The notes below the pieces were generated by a model. It made no database searches and was not told the origin of the DNA. It worked only from the letters and a program-made list of their open reading frames with translations. Made by a program: the position numbers and the translations under genes. From Candidatus Marinacidobacterales bacterium (GTDB taxonomy: Bacteria; Acidobacteriota; Vicinamibacteria; Marinacidobacterales; SMYC01), in contig CBDCYI010000011.1 in assembly GCA_965224085.1 (NCBI GenBank), positions 1,312,001 through 1,376,000 on the forward strand: a stretch of DNA of 64,000 nt. The letters run 5' to 3'. Positions 51,979 through 61,886 of the stretch are shown here, in pieces (the first letter of the stretch is position 1; every line of letters starts with the position of its first letter).

Positions 51979-52223
51979 GAAGTAGTCTCAAAAGTTGTCG
52001 AAGTATTACTCAGAATTATCACGAAACAATCACGCTTAGGCCAAAAGATGCCGGGCTCGAGATATGGGATGAGGACGGGCTCGTGCACCGATCCTCCCGA
52101 GGCGACGCCATCGCCCGTCGCCGAACACACTTCGCGTTAATGTGACCTTTCGTGCGACAAAGCCCCGTGCAAACAAACCTCGAGTCTGGATTGAGAAAAT
52201 TCCGTTTCACGGTCCTCGTCCGG

Positions 52224-53354
52224 ATGACGGAGATCTACTGGTGCATCAGGAATCTCTTCGCGCGCCAGAGCGGCGCCAAGAGACGAATCCTCCTCATCGG
52301 CTCGTCAAATATGACGGGCAGGTATTTGAAAACGGTTGTCGATATCTATCGGGATGATCCCGATATCACCCTGGCCGCCACGCTGAATCGCAGTTCGATA
52401 AAAAAGGGATATGAAACTGGACCCTTCGCTGAGATCTGTGAAGCTGCTCCGATTAATTGGCTAAAGGCCGTTTTCTGCCATTGGGACTTGATGGTTTTTG
52501 GATCTTTTTCCCCAGCTTTTTACGGAAACCGCGCGTGTCCCAAGGTCTTTCATGGGCATGGCGTCGTCAGTATGAAACCTGCTGTTGGCAGCGAAAACAC
52601 CTTCCCGAATGACATGGTCTTTTTCCGCGGCGAGCCGGTTTTTGACTCCATTCTCGCCGGGGGACCGCTGGCAAAGCTCGAGCTCTCCAAACAGATGCCC
52701 AGAATTGCTCCCACATGCGATATAGCCGGCGACCCGATTGTAGATCGCTTGCTGGAGATGCAGGCCCGCCGGGACGAAATTCGCAAAGAACTTGGTTTCT
52801 CAGAACATGAGAAAGTTATTCTGTCCATGTCAACCTGGGGCCCGAATTCTCTCTTCGGCCATCATGGCAAGGGTCTGATCGATACCTACAGAAGCTTTCC
52901 TGACGAATATAGCTTCATCGTATGTATTCACCCGAACAATTTTTCAAACTATGTAGCGAGGGACATTCAGGAAGCTGCCGATATTGTCTTCAGAGAATCG
53001 GACGAAAGAATTATGGTCATGCATCCGGACCTGCCATGGGAGAAGCAAATGGTTGCCTCCGATGCCGGAATTACCGACCACTCCTCAATCGGCCTGTATT
53101 ATATTCAGCTTTACCGGCCGACTATTCCTGCAATCGTACCGGATTCGGGTATGCCGAAGGAATCGCCCTTTGGAAGGATGCTGGATATCTGCCGGACTTT
53201 TTCCGAGCTCGATCAGGTTGAATCTGCTGTCAATACCGCCCTCGAGGATTTTGATCATGAAAAACTGAAGGAACTGGCCAATCAGGTCATACAACCTCGG
53301 GGAGAGTCCTCCCAGGTGAGAAAAAAGCTTTATGACCGACTCATGAAGCGCTGA
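52224..53354 (+). CDS. CDP-glycerol glycerophosphotransferase-like (GT-B) protein
   Basis: FHGHG, GDP, STWG, IHP and SDAGITDHSSI motifs; visibly more AT-rich; start uncertain. Confidence 0.6.
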   Translation: MTEIYWCIRNLFARQSGAKRRILLIGSSNMTGRYLKTVVDIYRDDPDITLAATLNRSSIKKGYETGPFAEICEAAPINWLKAVFCHWDLMVFGSFSPAFYGNRACPKVFHGHGVVSMKPAVGSENTFPNDMVFFRGEPVFDSILAGGPLAKLELSKQMPRIAPTCDIAGDPIVDRLLEMQARRDEIRKELGFSEHEKVILSMSTWGPNSLFGHHGKGLIDTYRSFPDEYSFIVCIHPNNFSNYVARDIQEAADIVFRESDERIMVMHPDLPWEKQMVASDAGITDHSSIGLYYIQLYRPTIPAIVPDSGMPKESPFGRMLDICRTFSELDQVESAVNTALEDFDHEKLKELANQVIQPRGESSQVRKKLYDRLMKR

Positions 53355-53516
53355 TGGTCTTTGACTCCCTTTATCCAGGAGGTGGACGGGCAGCGGATGG
53401 CGGACGGTCGGATACCCGATACGCCATCTAGCGTTGCCGGCGAAACGAACAACTCTGGAAAGCGGTCGATTTCATCTTTACGATAGAGTAGCGCTTCAGA
53501 ACGTTTGGAGGGTCAT

Positions 53517-54515
53517 ATGGGCATTTCAGTAATTAAAAAACGGGTTCCGATCGGGCTCTTCGTGATACTGGTTTCCGCTGCCAGCAGCCTTGCGGGAGGT
53601 GTTCAGAAGGATTCCACTATAGCCGCGTCCGTGGCTGTAACGATCCTCTCTTCCAATTTGGCGAACGGTTCGACCGTTGGAGAGTGGGGATTTTCGGCGT
53701 TGGTGGAAGTTGATGGGCGCTGCGTCCTATTTGACGCTGGGCGGCATCCGGATACCGTACTGAGAAATGCCGAGGCGCTCAACGTTGATCTTTCCTGTGT
53801 GACGGATGTCGTGCTCAGCCACTTCCACTCTGACCACAACACGGGCCTCATACCGATACTCGACGACGTTCGTCCGAACAACCCCGACGCCATGCGTCGC
53901 ATACACGTCGCGCAAGGGTTTTTTCTTCTGCGACGCAGGCCAACAGTGACCGGATACGAGGAACGCAACGTAATGATTGCGACGCGAGTTCCGCTCGAAG
54001 CGGCAGGCGTCGAGTTCATAGAGCACTCGGAGGCTGCGCAGATCTTGCCCGGTGTTTGGGTCACGGGCCCGGTAGAAAGGCCTCATCCCGAAAAGAACTA
54101 CCCTCAGAGGATGCAAGTCAACATGGACGGCGAGTGGATTGAAGACTACGTTCCTGACAGTCAAGGATTGACCGTCGTTACGGCCGAGGGACCCATCGTC
54201 TTGCTCGGTTGCGGCCACTCAGGCGCTGTTAATCTGCTGGAACAGGTGCAATCGTCGATTCAAGACCAGCCGATTCATGCACTCATGGGAGGGATGCATC
54301 TGTTTGGCGCTGATGATCAAACCCTTGGCTGGACCGCAGATCGGTTGCGCGCGATCGGTGTGCAGCATTTGATGGCAGGACATTGCACCGGCGTCGAACC
54401 ACTCTTTCGACTGCGGACCGGTCTCAATCTTAGTCTACGCACAGCCGTCGTCGGAGCCGTGGGATCGCGTTTCGTCTACGGTGAGGGAATCCATCCGACC
54501 GCGATCGCGCAGTAG
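53517..54515 (+). CDS. Secreted metallo-beta-lactamase-fold hydrolase (COG1237-like)
   Basis: GEWGFSALV; LFDAG; SHFHSDH; GCGHSG; GGMHL; GHCTG. Confidence 0.85.
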   Translation: MGISVIKKRVPIGLFVILVSAASSLAGGVQKDSTIAASVAVTILSSNLANGSTVGEWGFSALVEVDGRCVLFDAGRHPDTVLRNAEALNVDLSCVTDVVLSHFHSDHNTGLIPILDDVRPNNPDAMRRIHVAQGFFLLRRRPTVTGYEERNVMIATRVPLEAAGVEFIEHSEAAQILPGVWVTGPVERPHPEKNYPQRMQVNMDGEWIEDYVPDSQGLTVVTAEGPIVLLGCGHSGAVNLLEQVQSSIQDQPIHALMGGMHLFGADDQTLGWTADRLRAIGVQHLMAGHCTGVEPLFRLRTGLNLSLRTAVVGAVGSRFVYGEGIHPTAIAQ

Positions 54516-54533
54516 TTTGGCGAAGACGAACTA

Positions 54534-55484
54534 TCAGAACGGAACGAGCTGCTTCGATTCTTCGTCCCACATGACGTTTCTGATCGAAGCAAGACTGCGC
54601 CAGAGGTTTGGCGTCGTGACGTCGCGCCACATTTCCGGACGTGCTTCGCGGTGGCAACGTGCAAGCGCATAACTCGGGACCTTCGTGTTCATGTGATGGA
54701 TGTGATGAAACTGGATCCCGAAGGTGAACCAGGTGAAGGGCCGCGGGATGGGAAGGTAGGTCGAGCCCAATAACGACGCTTCAGTGGGATTCCATTCCGC
54801 TCTTGGCTCGCGATAGCCCCGGTTCACTGCGTGCTGCAGGTGAAACAATATGAGCCCCGCTATGGCACCCAAGTAAACCGCGAACAGGTGCCACCAGGAC
54901 AGTTGCCAGGCGATCAGCAAGTGCACGGCGTGCCCTAGCCAGAGGATCGGGTTGGCGTACTGGATGGGGTATTGGACCCACCACTGAGCCACTGGAGCGA
55001 ACAAGAAAAATACGATCGGATCGCGCAGGATTCGAGCGAGCACGCGTTTGTGCAGCGGGTAGGATTCGTATTTCTGCCGGGTGAAGAAGACGGTGTCCGC
55101 TTCGTCGAAAACGGCGAGGTTGCCGAACCATTTGTGATGGTAAGAATGGTTTCGGCGCCAGAAGTCGACGGGCGTGATGATCCACGCCTGAAGCAAGGTG
55201 GCCAAACGCTCGTTCGCTTCGGTGCGGCGATAGAAGGAATAGTGGATCCCGTCGTGATAGATGATGAAAACGCGCACGATGATACCGGCGTCCAAAATCA
55301 CAGCGAGCACGACTTGATCTACGGCATACAGGGCCAAGGCCACGAGTAAGACGAGAGTCGTCTGCACCAGGACCCACGTTGCCCGCCGGTCGTCTGCCAC
55401 CGCGTACTGCTTGATGTGTGCGCCGATATCGGCGAGAGCGACAGGAGCCGAAGCGTCGCCGCTGGACGAAGCTGGCGTTGTCAT
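54534..55484 (-). CDS. Membrane fatty acid desaturase
   Basis: His boxes HDGIH, HSYHH and HHIHH; FHLQH. Confidence 0.9.
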   Translation of the reverse strand: MTTPASSSGDASAPVALADIGAHIKQYAVADDRRATWVLVQTTLVLLVALALYAVDQVVLAVILDAGIIVRVFIIYHDGIHYSFYRRTEANERLATLLQAWIITPVDFWRRNHSYHHKWFGNLAVFDEADTVFFTRQKYESYPLHKRVLARILRDPIVFFLFAPVAQWWVQYPIQYANPILWLGHAVHLLIAWQLSWWHLFAVYLGAIAGLILFHLQHAVNRGYREPRAEWNPTEASLLGSTYLPIPRPFTWFTFGIQFHHIHHMNTKVPSYALARCHREARPEMWRDVTTPNLWRSLASIRNVMWDEESKQLVPF

Positions 55485-55669
55485 TTACACGCTATCTCGA
55501 ACAGGCCGCGGTCAATTGGGATCGATTCGACGTAGGAAAACAGGCAACGGGGTGCCGGCACACATCCAGAGATGATATCCCTTTGAGCCGCCTGGGGTCT
55601 ACTATTTCATTCGCGCCGAATTCCGAATCCGCGGGCGCGGCGCGCCATCTAGGTTACTCGGTGTGCCGT

Positions 55670-55768
55670 CTACGCTTGACGGCGGCTACGGTCGCCGGCC
55701 TCTTGGACTTGCTCCCAGCCTCGTCGGATCTTGAGCCTGAGTTTTTGCCGGGCGTCGCGCTCGGCCAT
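55670..55768 (-). CDS. Possible 32-aa basic peptide
   Basis: ATG 10 nt after the upstream ORF stop; MAERDARQKLRLKIRRGWEQVQEAGDRSRRQA. Confidence 0.3.
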   Translation of the reverse strand: MAERDARQKLRLKIRRGWEQVQEAGDRSRRQA

Positions 55769-55778
55769 GGTCAGGAAG

Positions 55779-56042
55779 CTATAGGACGGCCTTCGTGAGC
55801 TTTTGGAGAAAAGAAATCTCGAGCTGCGTGAGGAACAGGTCGACGCCTCCGTCGGCGCTTCCGGGAAGCGTGATGTCTGACAGCTTTCTGCCAAAGGCCT
55901 GGCGTGCGTGTCGCTCTTCTTCCACGATGAAGTGGTATTCCGACCGCAGGAGCTTTTGTAAGAACGTCAGCTCCGAGTGCGTGAGTCGGATAGTGGCCCG
56001 TCGATTGTTCCCTATCGCCATGTTTGCCTCTGTCTTGTCCAT
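55779..56042 (-). CDS. Hypothetical protein with an internal repeat
   Basis: Operon-like spacing; LTHSELTFLQKL and LTQLEISFLQKL repeat. Confidence 0.6.
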   Translation of the reverse strand: MDKTEANMAIGNNRRATIRLTHSELTFLQKLLRSEYHFIVEEERHARQAFGRKLSDITLPGSADGGVDLFLTQLEISFLQKLTKAVL

Positions 56043-56051
56043 TCCCGTTCA

Positions 56052-57074
56052 CTACGCAAGCGGGGCTGACGCAGCTCCGATTTTGTAATAGTTCTGATCG
56101 TCCGGCGTGGGCTCGTACTCGCGGCCGTGCTTTCTCGCCCGCTCGTAGACCTCTTCCTCCGTCGTCCCGAACACCATGAACGGGTGTTTCACGTTGGGAT
56201 GGGTCACATCGACGAGGATCACTCGCTCGCCGACCTTTACCAGGTTCCACGCGTGCCGGCCCTTGAAGATGTAGAAACGAAGATCGCCTTTCACAACCCG
56301 GCACTCGATCCCAGCCTCTTGAAGATAGAGCTGATAAAAGATTGATAGGTGCCTGCAGACGCCCATGCCTTTTTCTAGATATTTCGTGAGCACGATGCTC
56401 TCGTTGCCGAACTCGCGCGAGAGCCTTTCTACGCCCGATTCGTCGAACTCGATGTCGCGCCGCACGCGCGCGTAGTACCAGCCAAGCAACCGCTCGAGAT
56501 TTTCGTTGTCGACGACCCCGCGCCGTTTGCACTCGGAAAGCCGGTCCACGAGGCTCACTTTGTCGACTTTGATCTTCTCCCGGCCCGCGCGCTCCGTCGG
56601 CGATGCGTGGCTTCCCATATCGGTGTAGCCATGCATCAAGTAGTCGGGTAGGCCGCGATACACAACGCCGTCATCGAACCACGATTGACGGTCCATCACG
56701 ATCTCGAGCTCGACCGCCGCTGTGACATAGCGCTCGAGTCGCCCGCGCTCCGTGATCTGGCTCACGGCCTTGTTCATGGCGCGGATACACTGCATCGGCT
56801 CCGTACCCCAGCCAGTGGCGAAACTCATGAGCTCGTCGGCCGCGAGCTCGTGAGCGATGCGTTTGCCCGAGCTCGAATCGAGATAGTATGACTGGCTGAG
56901 ATATTCGGGCGCGTTGAGCGCGACCGAACGCACGAGCGAAGTTTGTTGCGCGCTAAGACGATCCATCAAATCGCGCTTTTCCTTCGAGCCGAGAACTCGC
57001 CGTGTCGGCGAGATGCGCGTGATCGTGGAGCTCGCCGAGGCGTCCGAATTTTTTTCTTTTTCTTCGGCGTCCAT
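56052..57074 (-). CDS. Transglutaminase-like / EDR1-related Cys-His-Asp domain protein
   Basis: GVCRH...GIECRVVKG...HAWNLV...LVD. Confidence 0.75.
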   Translation of the reverse strand: MDAEEKEKNSDASASSTITRISPTRRVLGSKEKRDLMDRLSAQQTSLVRSVALNAPEYLSQSYYLDSSSGKRIAHELAADELMSFATGWGTEPMQCIRAMNKAVSQITERGRLERYVTAAVELEIVMDRQSWFDDGVVYRGLPDYLMHGYTDMGSHASPTERAGREKIKVDKVSLVDRLSECKRRGVVDNENLERLLGWYYARVRRDIEFDESGVERLSREFGNESIVLTKYLEKGMGVCRHLSIFYQLYLQEAGIECRVVKGDLRFYIFKGRHAWNLVKVGERVILVDVTHPNVKHPFMVFGTTEEEVYERARKHGREYEPTPDDQNYYKIGAASAPLA

Positions 57075-57103
57075 TGGAATTCGGCGGCTCGAGATGTAAC
57101 CTT

Positions 57104-57619
57104 TCAGAAGTTCAGCACCGACCGGATCTTGTAATCGGCGATGCGCTCACGGCCTTTCAGAAAATCGAGCTCGATGAGGAAGCTGAACGCTTCCACTTTG
57201 CCTCCTACTTTCTCGACTAGGTCCGCCACCCCGCGCGCGGTGCCGCCCGTCGCGAGCACGTCGTCAACGATGACGATGCGCTGTCCCGGCTCGATGGCGT
57301 CCGCGTGCATCTCGAGGGTGTCGCTCCCATATTCGAGATCGTACGACACTTGCACGGTGTAGGCGGGAAGCTTGCCGGGCTTGCGCACCGGAATGTGGCC
57401 TTTGTGTAGCTCGTAGGCGAGCGCAGCAGCGAAGATGAAGCCTCGACTCTCGATCCCGATGAGGGCGTCAAACTCGAGCTCGGCTAAGGGCTCCGCCATG
57501 AAGCTGATGGCTTTGCGGAACGAGGCAGGATCGCGTAGAAGCGGCGTGACGTCCTTGAAGACAATACCCTTTTGCGGGAAGTCGGGCACGTCTCGAATGA
57601 TTCGGCGCAATTGTTCCAC
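57104..57619 (-). CDS. apt: Adenine phosphoribosyltransferase
   Basis: PDFPQKGIVFKD; ESRGF; RKPGKLP; VDDVLATGGT. Confidence 0.97.
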   Translation of the reverse strand: MEQLRRIIRDVPDFPQKGIVFKDVTPLLRDPASFRKAISFMAEPLAELEFDALIGIESRGFIFAAALAYELHKGHIPVRKPGKLPAYTVQVSYDLEYGSDTLEMHADAIEPGQRIVIVDDVLATGGTARGVADLVEKVGGKVEAFSFLIELDFLKGRERIADYKIRSVLNF

Positions 57620-57637
57620 GAAACCCCCTATGAATAA

Positions 57638-57973
57638 TCAGAATCGAACATGAAACCTGGGCATCGCCTCATCCACTTCGACGGCCATCTTCTGAATTTC
57701 CTCGACGCGGGAAGCGCGCGGCCCACGATAGAGCGTTTTGAAAAAAGCCTGAAGCGTCTCGGTATCGGCCTGCGCCAGCACTTCTACGCGCCCATCCTCG
57801 AGATTGCGCGCGTAGCCGCACACGTCCCGAGCATGCGCTTCTCTCTCGATAAACCAGCGGAATCCAACGCCTTGAACGCGACCAGAGATGAGCAGCACGT
57901 AAGCCTCCACGCGTCCACTCGGTCTCGCTACTCGATTGTTGTCTTCGGCGCCGGAGGGTCGCTCTCGCCCCAA
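57638..57973 (-). CDS. acyP: Acylphosphatase
   Basis: GRVQGVGFR; GYARNLEDGRVE; start uncertain. Confidence 0.92.
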   Translation of the reverse strand: MGRERPSGAEDNNRVARPSGRVEAYVLLISGRVQGVGFRWFIEREAHARDVCGYARNLEDGRVEVLAQADTETLQAFFKTLYRGPRASRVEEIQKMAVEVDEAMPRFHVRF

Positions 57974-58034
57974 AAGGCTCGAGCGGCTCTCCCCAACTTT
58001 CTGTATACCCAGTAATTATACCAAGAAACGGAGG

Positions 58035-59255
58035 TCACGCCGCGTCCCAACGCGAGAGCGCGAGCACGGCGTTGAGGCCTCCGAAGGCGAAAGAGTCCGA
58101 GACGGCGTGCCGGATCGCCTTTTCGCGGGCAGTATTCGGGACAACGTCGAGAGGGCATTCGGGATCGGGCCCAAGATAGCCAGCGGTCGGCGGTACGACC
58201 CCGTTCTCGAGCGCGAGCGTGGTCACAACCGCTTCAATCGCCCCGGTCGCCCCCAACGTGTGCCCATGCATGGACTTGGTCGAGCTCACGAGAAGCGCGG
58301 CCGCGTGGTCACCGAAAACAGTTGCGAGGGCCTCCGACTCGGTGGAGTCGTTCAGGAGCGTACCCGTACCGTGCGCGTTCACGTATTCGACCTCGTGAGG
58401 ATTCAGCCCGCCATCTGCCAGTGAAGCCGCGATAGCACGCGCGGCGCCTTTCGCCGAAGGCCGCGTGATGTGGCCAGCATCGGAGGACATGCCGAAGCCG
58501 CGCACTTCCGCGTGGATATGCGCGCCGCGCGCGCGCGCATGCTCGAGCTCTTCGAGGACGAGAGCCGCGCCCCCTTCGCCGAGCAAGAGTCCTTTGCGAT
58601 CCCGCGAGAACGGCCGGCAGAGGTCCGGCGCCATGACGCGCATGGCATCCCACGCTTTCAGGTGGCCGAGGCTGAAAGGCGCTTCGCTTCCCCCTGTGAG
58701 TGCTACGGCCGCCGCGCCGTGAGCAACCATCCAATAGGCCATCCCAATCGCGTGGTTCGACGACGAGCACGCGGTCGAGATCGTCATGCCCGGGCCTTCG
58801 ATGCCGAGCTCCATCGACGCTTGGCTCGCTCCCGAGCTCGACATGATGCGCGGGACCGCGAAAGGGGTAAAACGGCGCTTGTTCTCGCGATAGAGCGCAA
58901 CGAAGAGCTCGTCCTGGGTCGTCTGCCCCGCGAGCGCCGTTCCGGTGATGACCGCGGCATCCTCGAGGTCTTTCGACGCGATCCCGCTCGCCTCCACCGC
59001 TTGTCGCGAGGCAAGAAGCCACAGCCGGGCAAAGCGATCCAGGAGCGACTTCACGGAGTCGTCGAACGGGGTCTCCAAGTCCAAATCGCGCACCTCGGCG
59101 CCGATGTGGAACTGGAGGGTTGATGTATCCGCAAGCTCGATCTCGCGAAAGCCGTGCTGTCCAGCGCACAAAGATTCCCAAAACGTTTTCAAGTCGTTCC
59201 CGATCGCGGAAACGACACCGAGACCGGTGACAACGACGCGGTGGGGTGCTCGCAT
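58035..59255 (-). CDS. fabF: Beta-ketoacyl-ACP synthase II family
   Basis: TACSSS; NAHGTGT; KSMHGH; SFAFGG. Confidence 0.88.
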   Translation of the reverse strand: MRAPHRVVVTGLGVVSAIGNDLKTFWESLCAGQHGFREIELADTSTLQFHIGAEVRDLDLETPFDDSVKSLLDRFARLWLLASRQAVEASGIASKDLEDAAVITGTALAGQTTQDELFVALYRENKRRFTPFAVPRIMSSSGASQASMELGIEGPGMTISTACSSSNHAIGMAYWMVAHGAAAVALTGGSEAPFSLGHLKAWDAMRVMAPDLCRPFSRDRKGLLLGEGGAALVLEELEHARARGAHIHAEVRGFGMSSDAGHITRPSAKGAARAIAASLADGGLNPHEVEYVNAHGTGTLLNDSTESEALATVFGDHAAALLVSSTKSMHGHTLGATGAIEAVVTTLALENGVVPPTAGYLGPDPECPLDVVPNTAREKAIRHAVSDSFAFGGLNAVLALSRWDAA

Positions 59256-59274
59256 TCTTTTTTCAGACGATTTT

Positions 59275-59523
59275 TCAGGATTTCTTCGCGAGGAGAGGCT
59301 CGACGACAGCGATCACGTCGCTCACCTTCGTGATCTCTCGGGCATCATCATCGGGAATGACGATCTCGAGCTCTTCTTCGAGCTCCCAGAGAAGCTCCAA
59401 TCCGTTCAGAGAGTCGACCCCGAGCTCCTCGAACGTGCTGTCCACGTTGACTTTGTCGGGCGTTGTCTTTTGCATCTTCGCAATGCGCGCAATAACCTGC
59501 GTGGCGAGCTGTGCTCGATCCAT
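59275..59523 (-). CDS. Acyl carrier protein
   Basis: ELGVDSL phosphopantetheine motif; acidic, 82 aa. Confidence 0.9.
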   Translation of the reverse strand: MDRAQLATQVIARIAKMQKTTPDKVNVDSTFEELGVDSLNGLELLWELEEELEIVIPDDDAREITKVSDVIAVVEPLLAKKS

Positions 59524-59577
59524 AGGGCCAAAAGTCTACCACAGCGTCGATCTCGGATCGGTTAAACTCGCGCCCCC

Positions 59578-60486
59578 ATGCACGCTTTGTGGGTTTTTCT
59601 CGCCTTCGGGGCCGGGCTTTTCCAAAGCGCCCGGAACGGTCTCGCGAGAAGCCTTTCCAGCGTGATCTCCCCGGCGCTGAACAGCTGGTGCCGCTTTGCC
59701 TTCAATCTGCCCTTCTCGACGGCGCTTGTCGCTGTACTCCTCGCCACGCACGGCATGCTCCAGGTCTCACCGCTCTATTTCATGCTCTGCCTCGGAACAG
59801 CCGTTACGCAGCTCCTCGGAAACGTCGCTCTCATCGCCGCTTTCCGGCACACGAGCTTCGCTCAGGCCATCGTGCTTCACAAGCTCGAGATCGTCTTCAC
59901 CGCGATCATCGGCGCGCTGATTTTCTCCGAGCTCCCGACACCGTTCGGATGGATCGGCGTCCTTCTGAGCGCCGCAGGCGTCGTCTTCATCCAGCTCGCG
60001 CGGGTGCCAGAAAAACGCCGTGTCTTCCACCGGGACCTGGGCTCTTTGTTGGCCATCCTCGCCGGGATTCTCATCGTCTTCGCGAGCTTTCTTCTCAAAG
60101 AAGCCAACCACGTGCTCGTCGAGCTCAACTCCCGGGTCGGCGAGAGCCGTTTCGAAGTCGCGGGCCACACCCTCTTTCACGTCACCTGGATGGAAGTCGT
60201 GTTGCTCACGCTTTGGCTGCGTCTTCGGCGCCCGGGTGAGCTGTCTCGCGTCCCGACACATTTTCGTCGCATGCTGCTCATCGGCTTTTTCGGCTTCGTG
60301 GGAAGCCTCGGCTGGTTCTGGGTCTACTCGCTCACGCTCGTCGCCTACGTGAAAGCCGTCGGCCAAGTCGAAGCTATCGCGGCCGTCTTCTTGTCGCTGC
60401 TCATTTGGAAGGAGCGTGAAGTGCTGCCCCAGCTTCCAGGGATGGCGCTCGTAGTGCTCGGTATCGTGCTCGTCCTCCTTGGATAG
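59578..60486 (+). CDS. EamA/DMT family transporter
   Basis: About 10 TM helices; FQSARN; VAYVKAVGQVE. Confidence 0.85.
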   Translation: MHALWVFLAFGAGLFQSARNGLARSLSSVISPALNSWCRFAFNLPFSTALVAVLLATHGMLQVSPLYFMLCLGTAVTQLLGNVALIAAFRHTSFAQAIVLHKLEIVFTAIIGALIFSELPTPFGWIGVLLSAAGVVFIQLARVPEKRRVFHRDLGSLLAILAGILIVFASFLLKEANHVLVELNSRVGESRFEVAGHTLFHVTWMEVVLLTLWLRLRRPGELSRVPTHFRRMLLIGFFGFVGSLGWFWVYSLTLVAYVKAVGQVEAIAAVFLSLLIWKEREVLPQLPGMALVVLGIVLVLLG

Positions 60487-60489
60487 ACG

Positions 60490-61331
60490 ATGGACGCGAC
60501 GGTCACCACCATCGTGCTTCTGGCCGCGCTCATGCACGCGGTTTGGAACGCGCTCTTGAAGTCGAGCGCAGATCGTCTCGTGGAGCTACTGCCCTGAACC
60601 TCTCAGCTGGGGTCGTGGCGCTCGCGGCGCTCCCGTTCGTCGGCTTCCCCGCGAAAGAGAGCTTGCCCTTTCTCTTGGCCACGCTCTTGTTTCACGGCGG
60701 CTACTACGCTTTCCTACTTCTCTCTTATGCTCGTGGCGGCCTCAGTCTCGTTTACCCGATTGCGCGCGGCGGCTCCCCTGTGCTCGTCGCTCTCGCCTCG
60801 GCGCTTTTCTTCGGCGAGGTTCTGAACGGCGCCCAAGCTCTCGGCGTTGTCGTCATTACGGCGAGCATTGCAGGTCTCGCCTTCGCGGGCGGTGTCACGG
60901 ATTTGAGCTCGAAAGCTGTTCTCTTCTCTCTCGGAACGAGTGTCATGATTGCGGGCTACACGATCGCGGACGGCTCAGGCGCGCGCGTTTCCGGAGCGCC
61001 CATCGCCTATATAGCAAGTCTCTTCGTGATCAACGCCTTGCCTCTCTTACTCGTGCTGCCATTCCTTCGGCCGGGTCTCGGGGTGCGCGGGCTCGCGCGA
61101 CAGTGGAAGAGGGGAATGCTCGGCGGCGTTTTGTCCGTCGGCGCCTATGGGCTCGCGATTTGGGCGATGACGCGAGCGCCCATAGCCGTCGTCTCAGCGC
61201 TACGAGAGACGAGTGTCGTGCTCGCGGCGATCGTTGGCGCCACATTTCTTCGCTAGCCTTTCGGGCCGCGCCGAGTGCTGGCGTCTATCGGCGTCGCGCT
61301 CGGCATCATCGTCTTGCGGCTCGCGGGCTGA
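60490..61331 (+). pseudogene. EamA/DMT transporter pseudogene
   Basis: LAALMHAVWNALLK start; frameshift near 60588; in-frame TAG at 61254 inside LR*PFG; frame continues to TGA 61329. Confidence 0.8.
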
Positions 61332-61350
61332 ACCGGTACTCTTCGACAGC

Positions 61351-61651
61351 ATGAGAGATGTATCCAGACGCGACGCGCTGAAACGACTCGCCGCGAGCCC
61401 GCTTCTGCTAGCGTCGCTCCCTCAGAGCGACGCTCTCCTGGAGGCGGTCGACGACGCACGTGGGCGCCGTCGCCCCCTATCGCTACTACGGAAGCGACGC
61501 GAGCCATTTGCAACATCTCGCTGGCGCCAAAGGCATCGTTTGCGGCGCCGGCGGGAAGTACAACACGATGCCCGATGAGCGCGTCGAGCGTTCTCAGTTC
61601 TACGCGTGCACGCGCGTTTACGCGCTGGCGGCACAGGCGATTTGTGGATAG
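61351..61651 (+). pseudogene. Tat-exported M20 peptidase/ArgE-like gene with internal deletion
   Basis: Tat motif SRRDALK, then out of frame the C-terminus YYGSDASHL...GIVCGAGGKYNTMPDERVE...RVYALAA. Confidence 0.7.
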
Positions 61652-61886
61652 CGAAAAAGATAGATTCCTCGACATCGATTACAAGCTGCTGAGCACCGAA
61701 GCGCTTCGCGGCGTCGTCGAAGAGTTCATCACCCGCGAAGGCACGGAATACGGGCAGCGCGAGTTCTCACTCGACGACAAAGTGCGCCACGTCGAACTCC
61801 AGCTCGAAGCGGGCGAAGCGAAGATCGTGTTCGACACGATCGAGGAATGCGCCAACCTCGTTTCCACCAAAGAACGTTCCACTTAG
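61644..61886 (+). CDS. YheU (UPF0270) family protein
   Basis: LSTEALRGVVEEFITREGTEYG...GEAKIVFD. Confidence 0.88.
   Translation: MDSEKDRFLDIDYKLLSTEALRGVVEEFITREGTEYGQREFSLDDKVRHVELQLEAGEAKIVFDTIEECANLVSTKERST

Noticed and set aside
55738-55760. Possible attR copy of the tRNA-Arg 3' end
   Set aside because: Only weak similarity (TGCC-GGCGT); not distinguishable from chance.
61254-61256. In-frame TAG in the EamA gene as possible pyrrolysine or read-through
   Set aside because: The same gene also has a frameshift near 60588, and GAG to TAG (LREPFG) is a single substitution; ordinary pseudogenisation is simpler.
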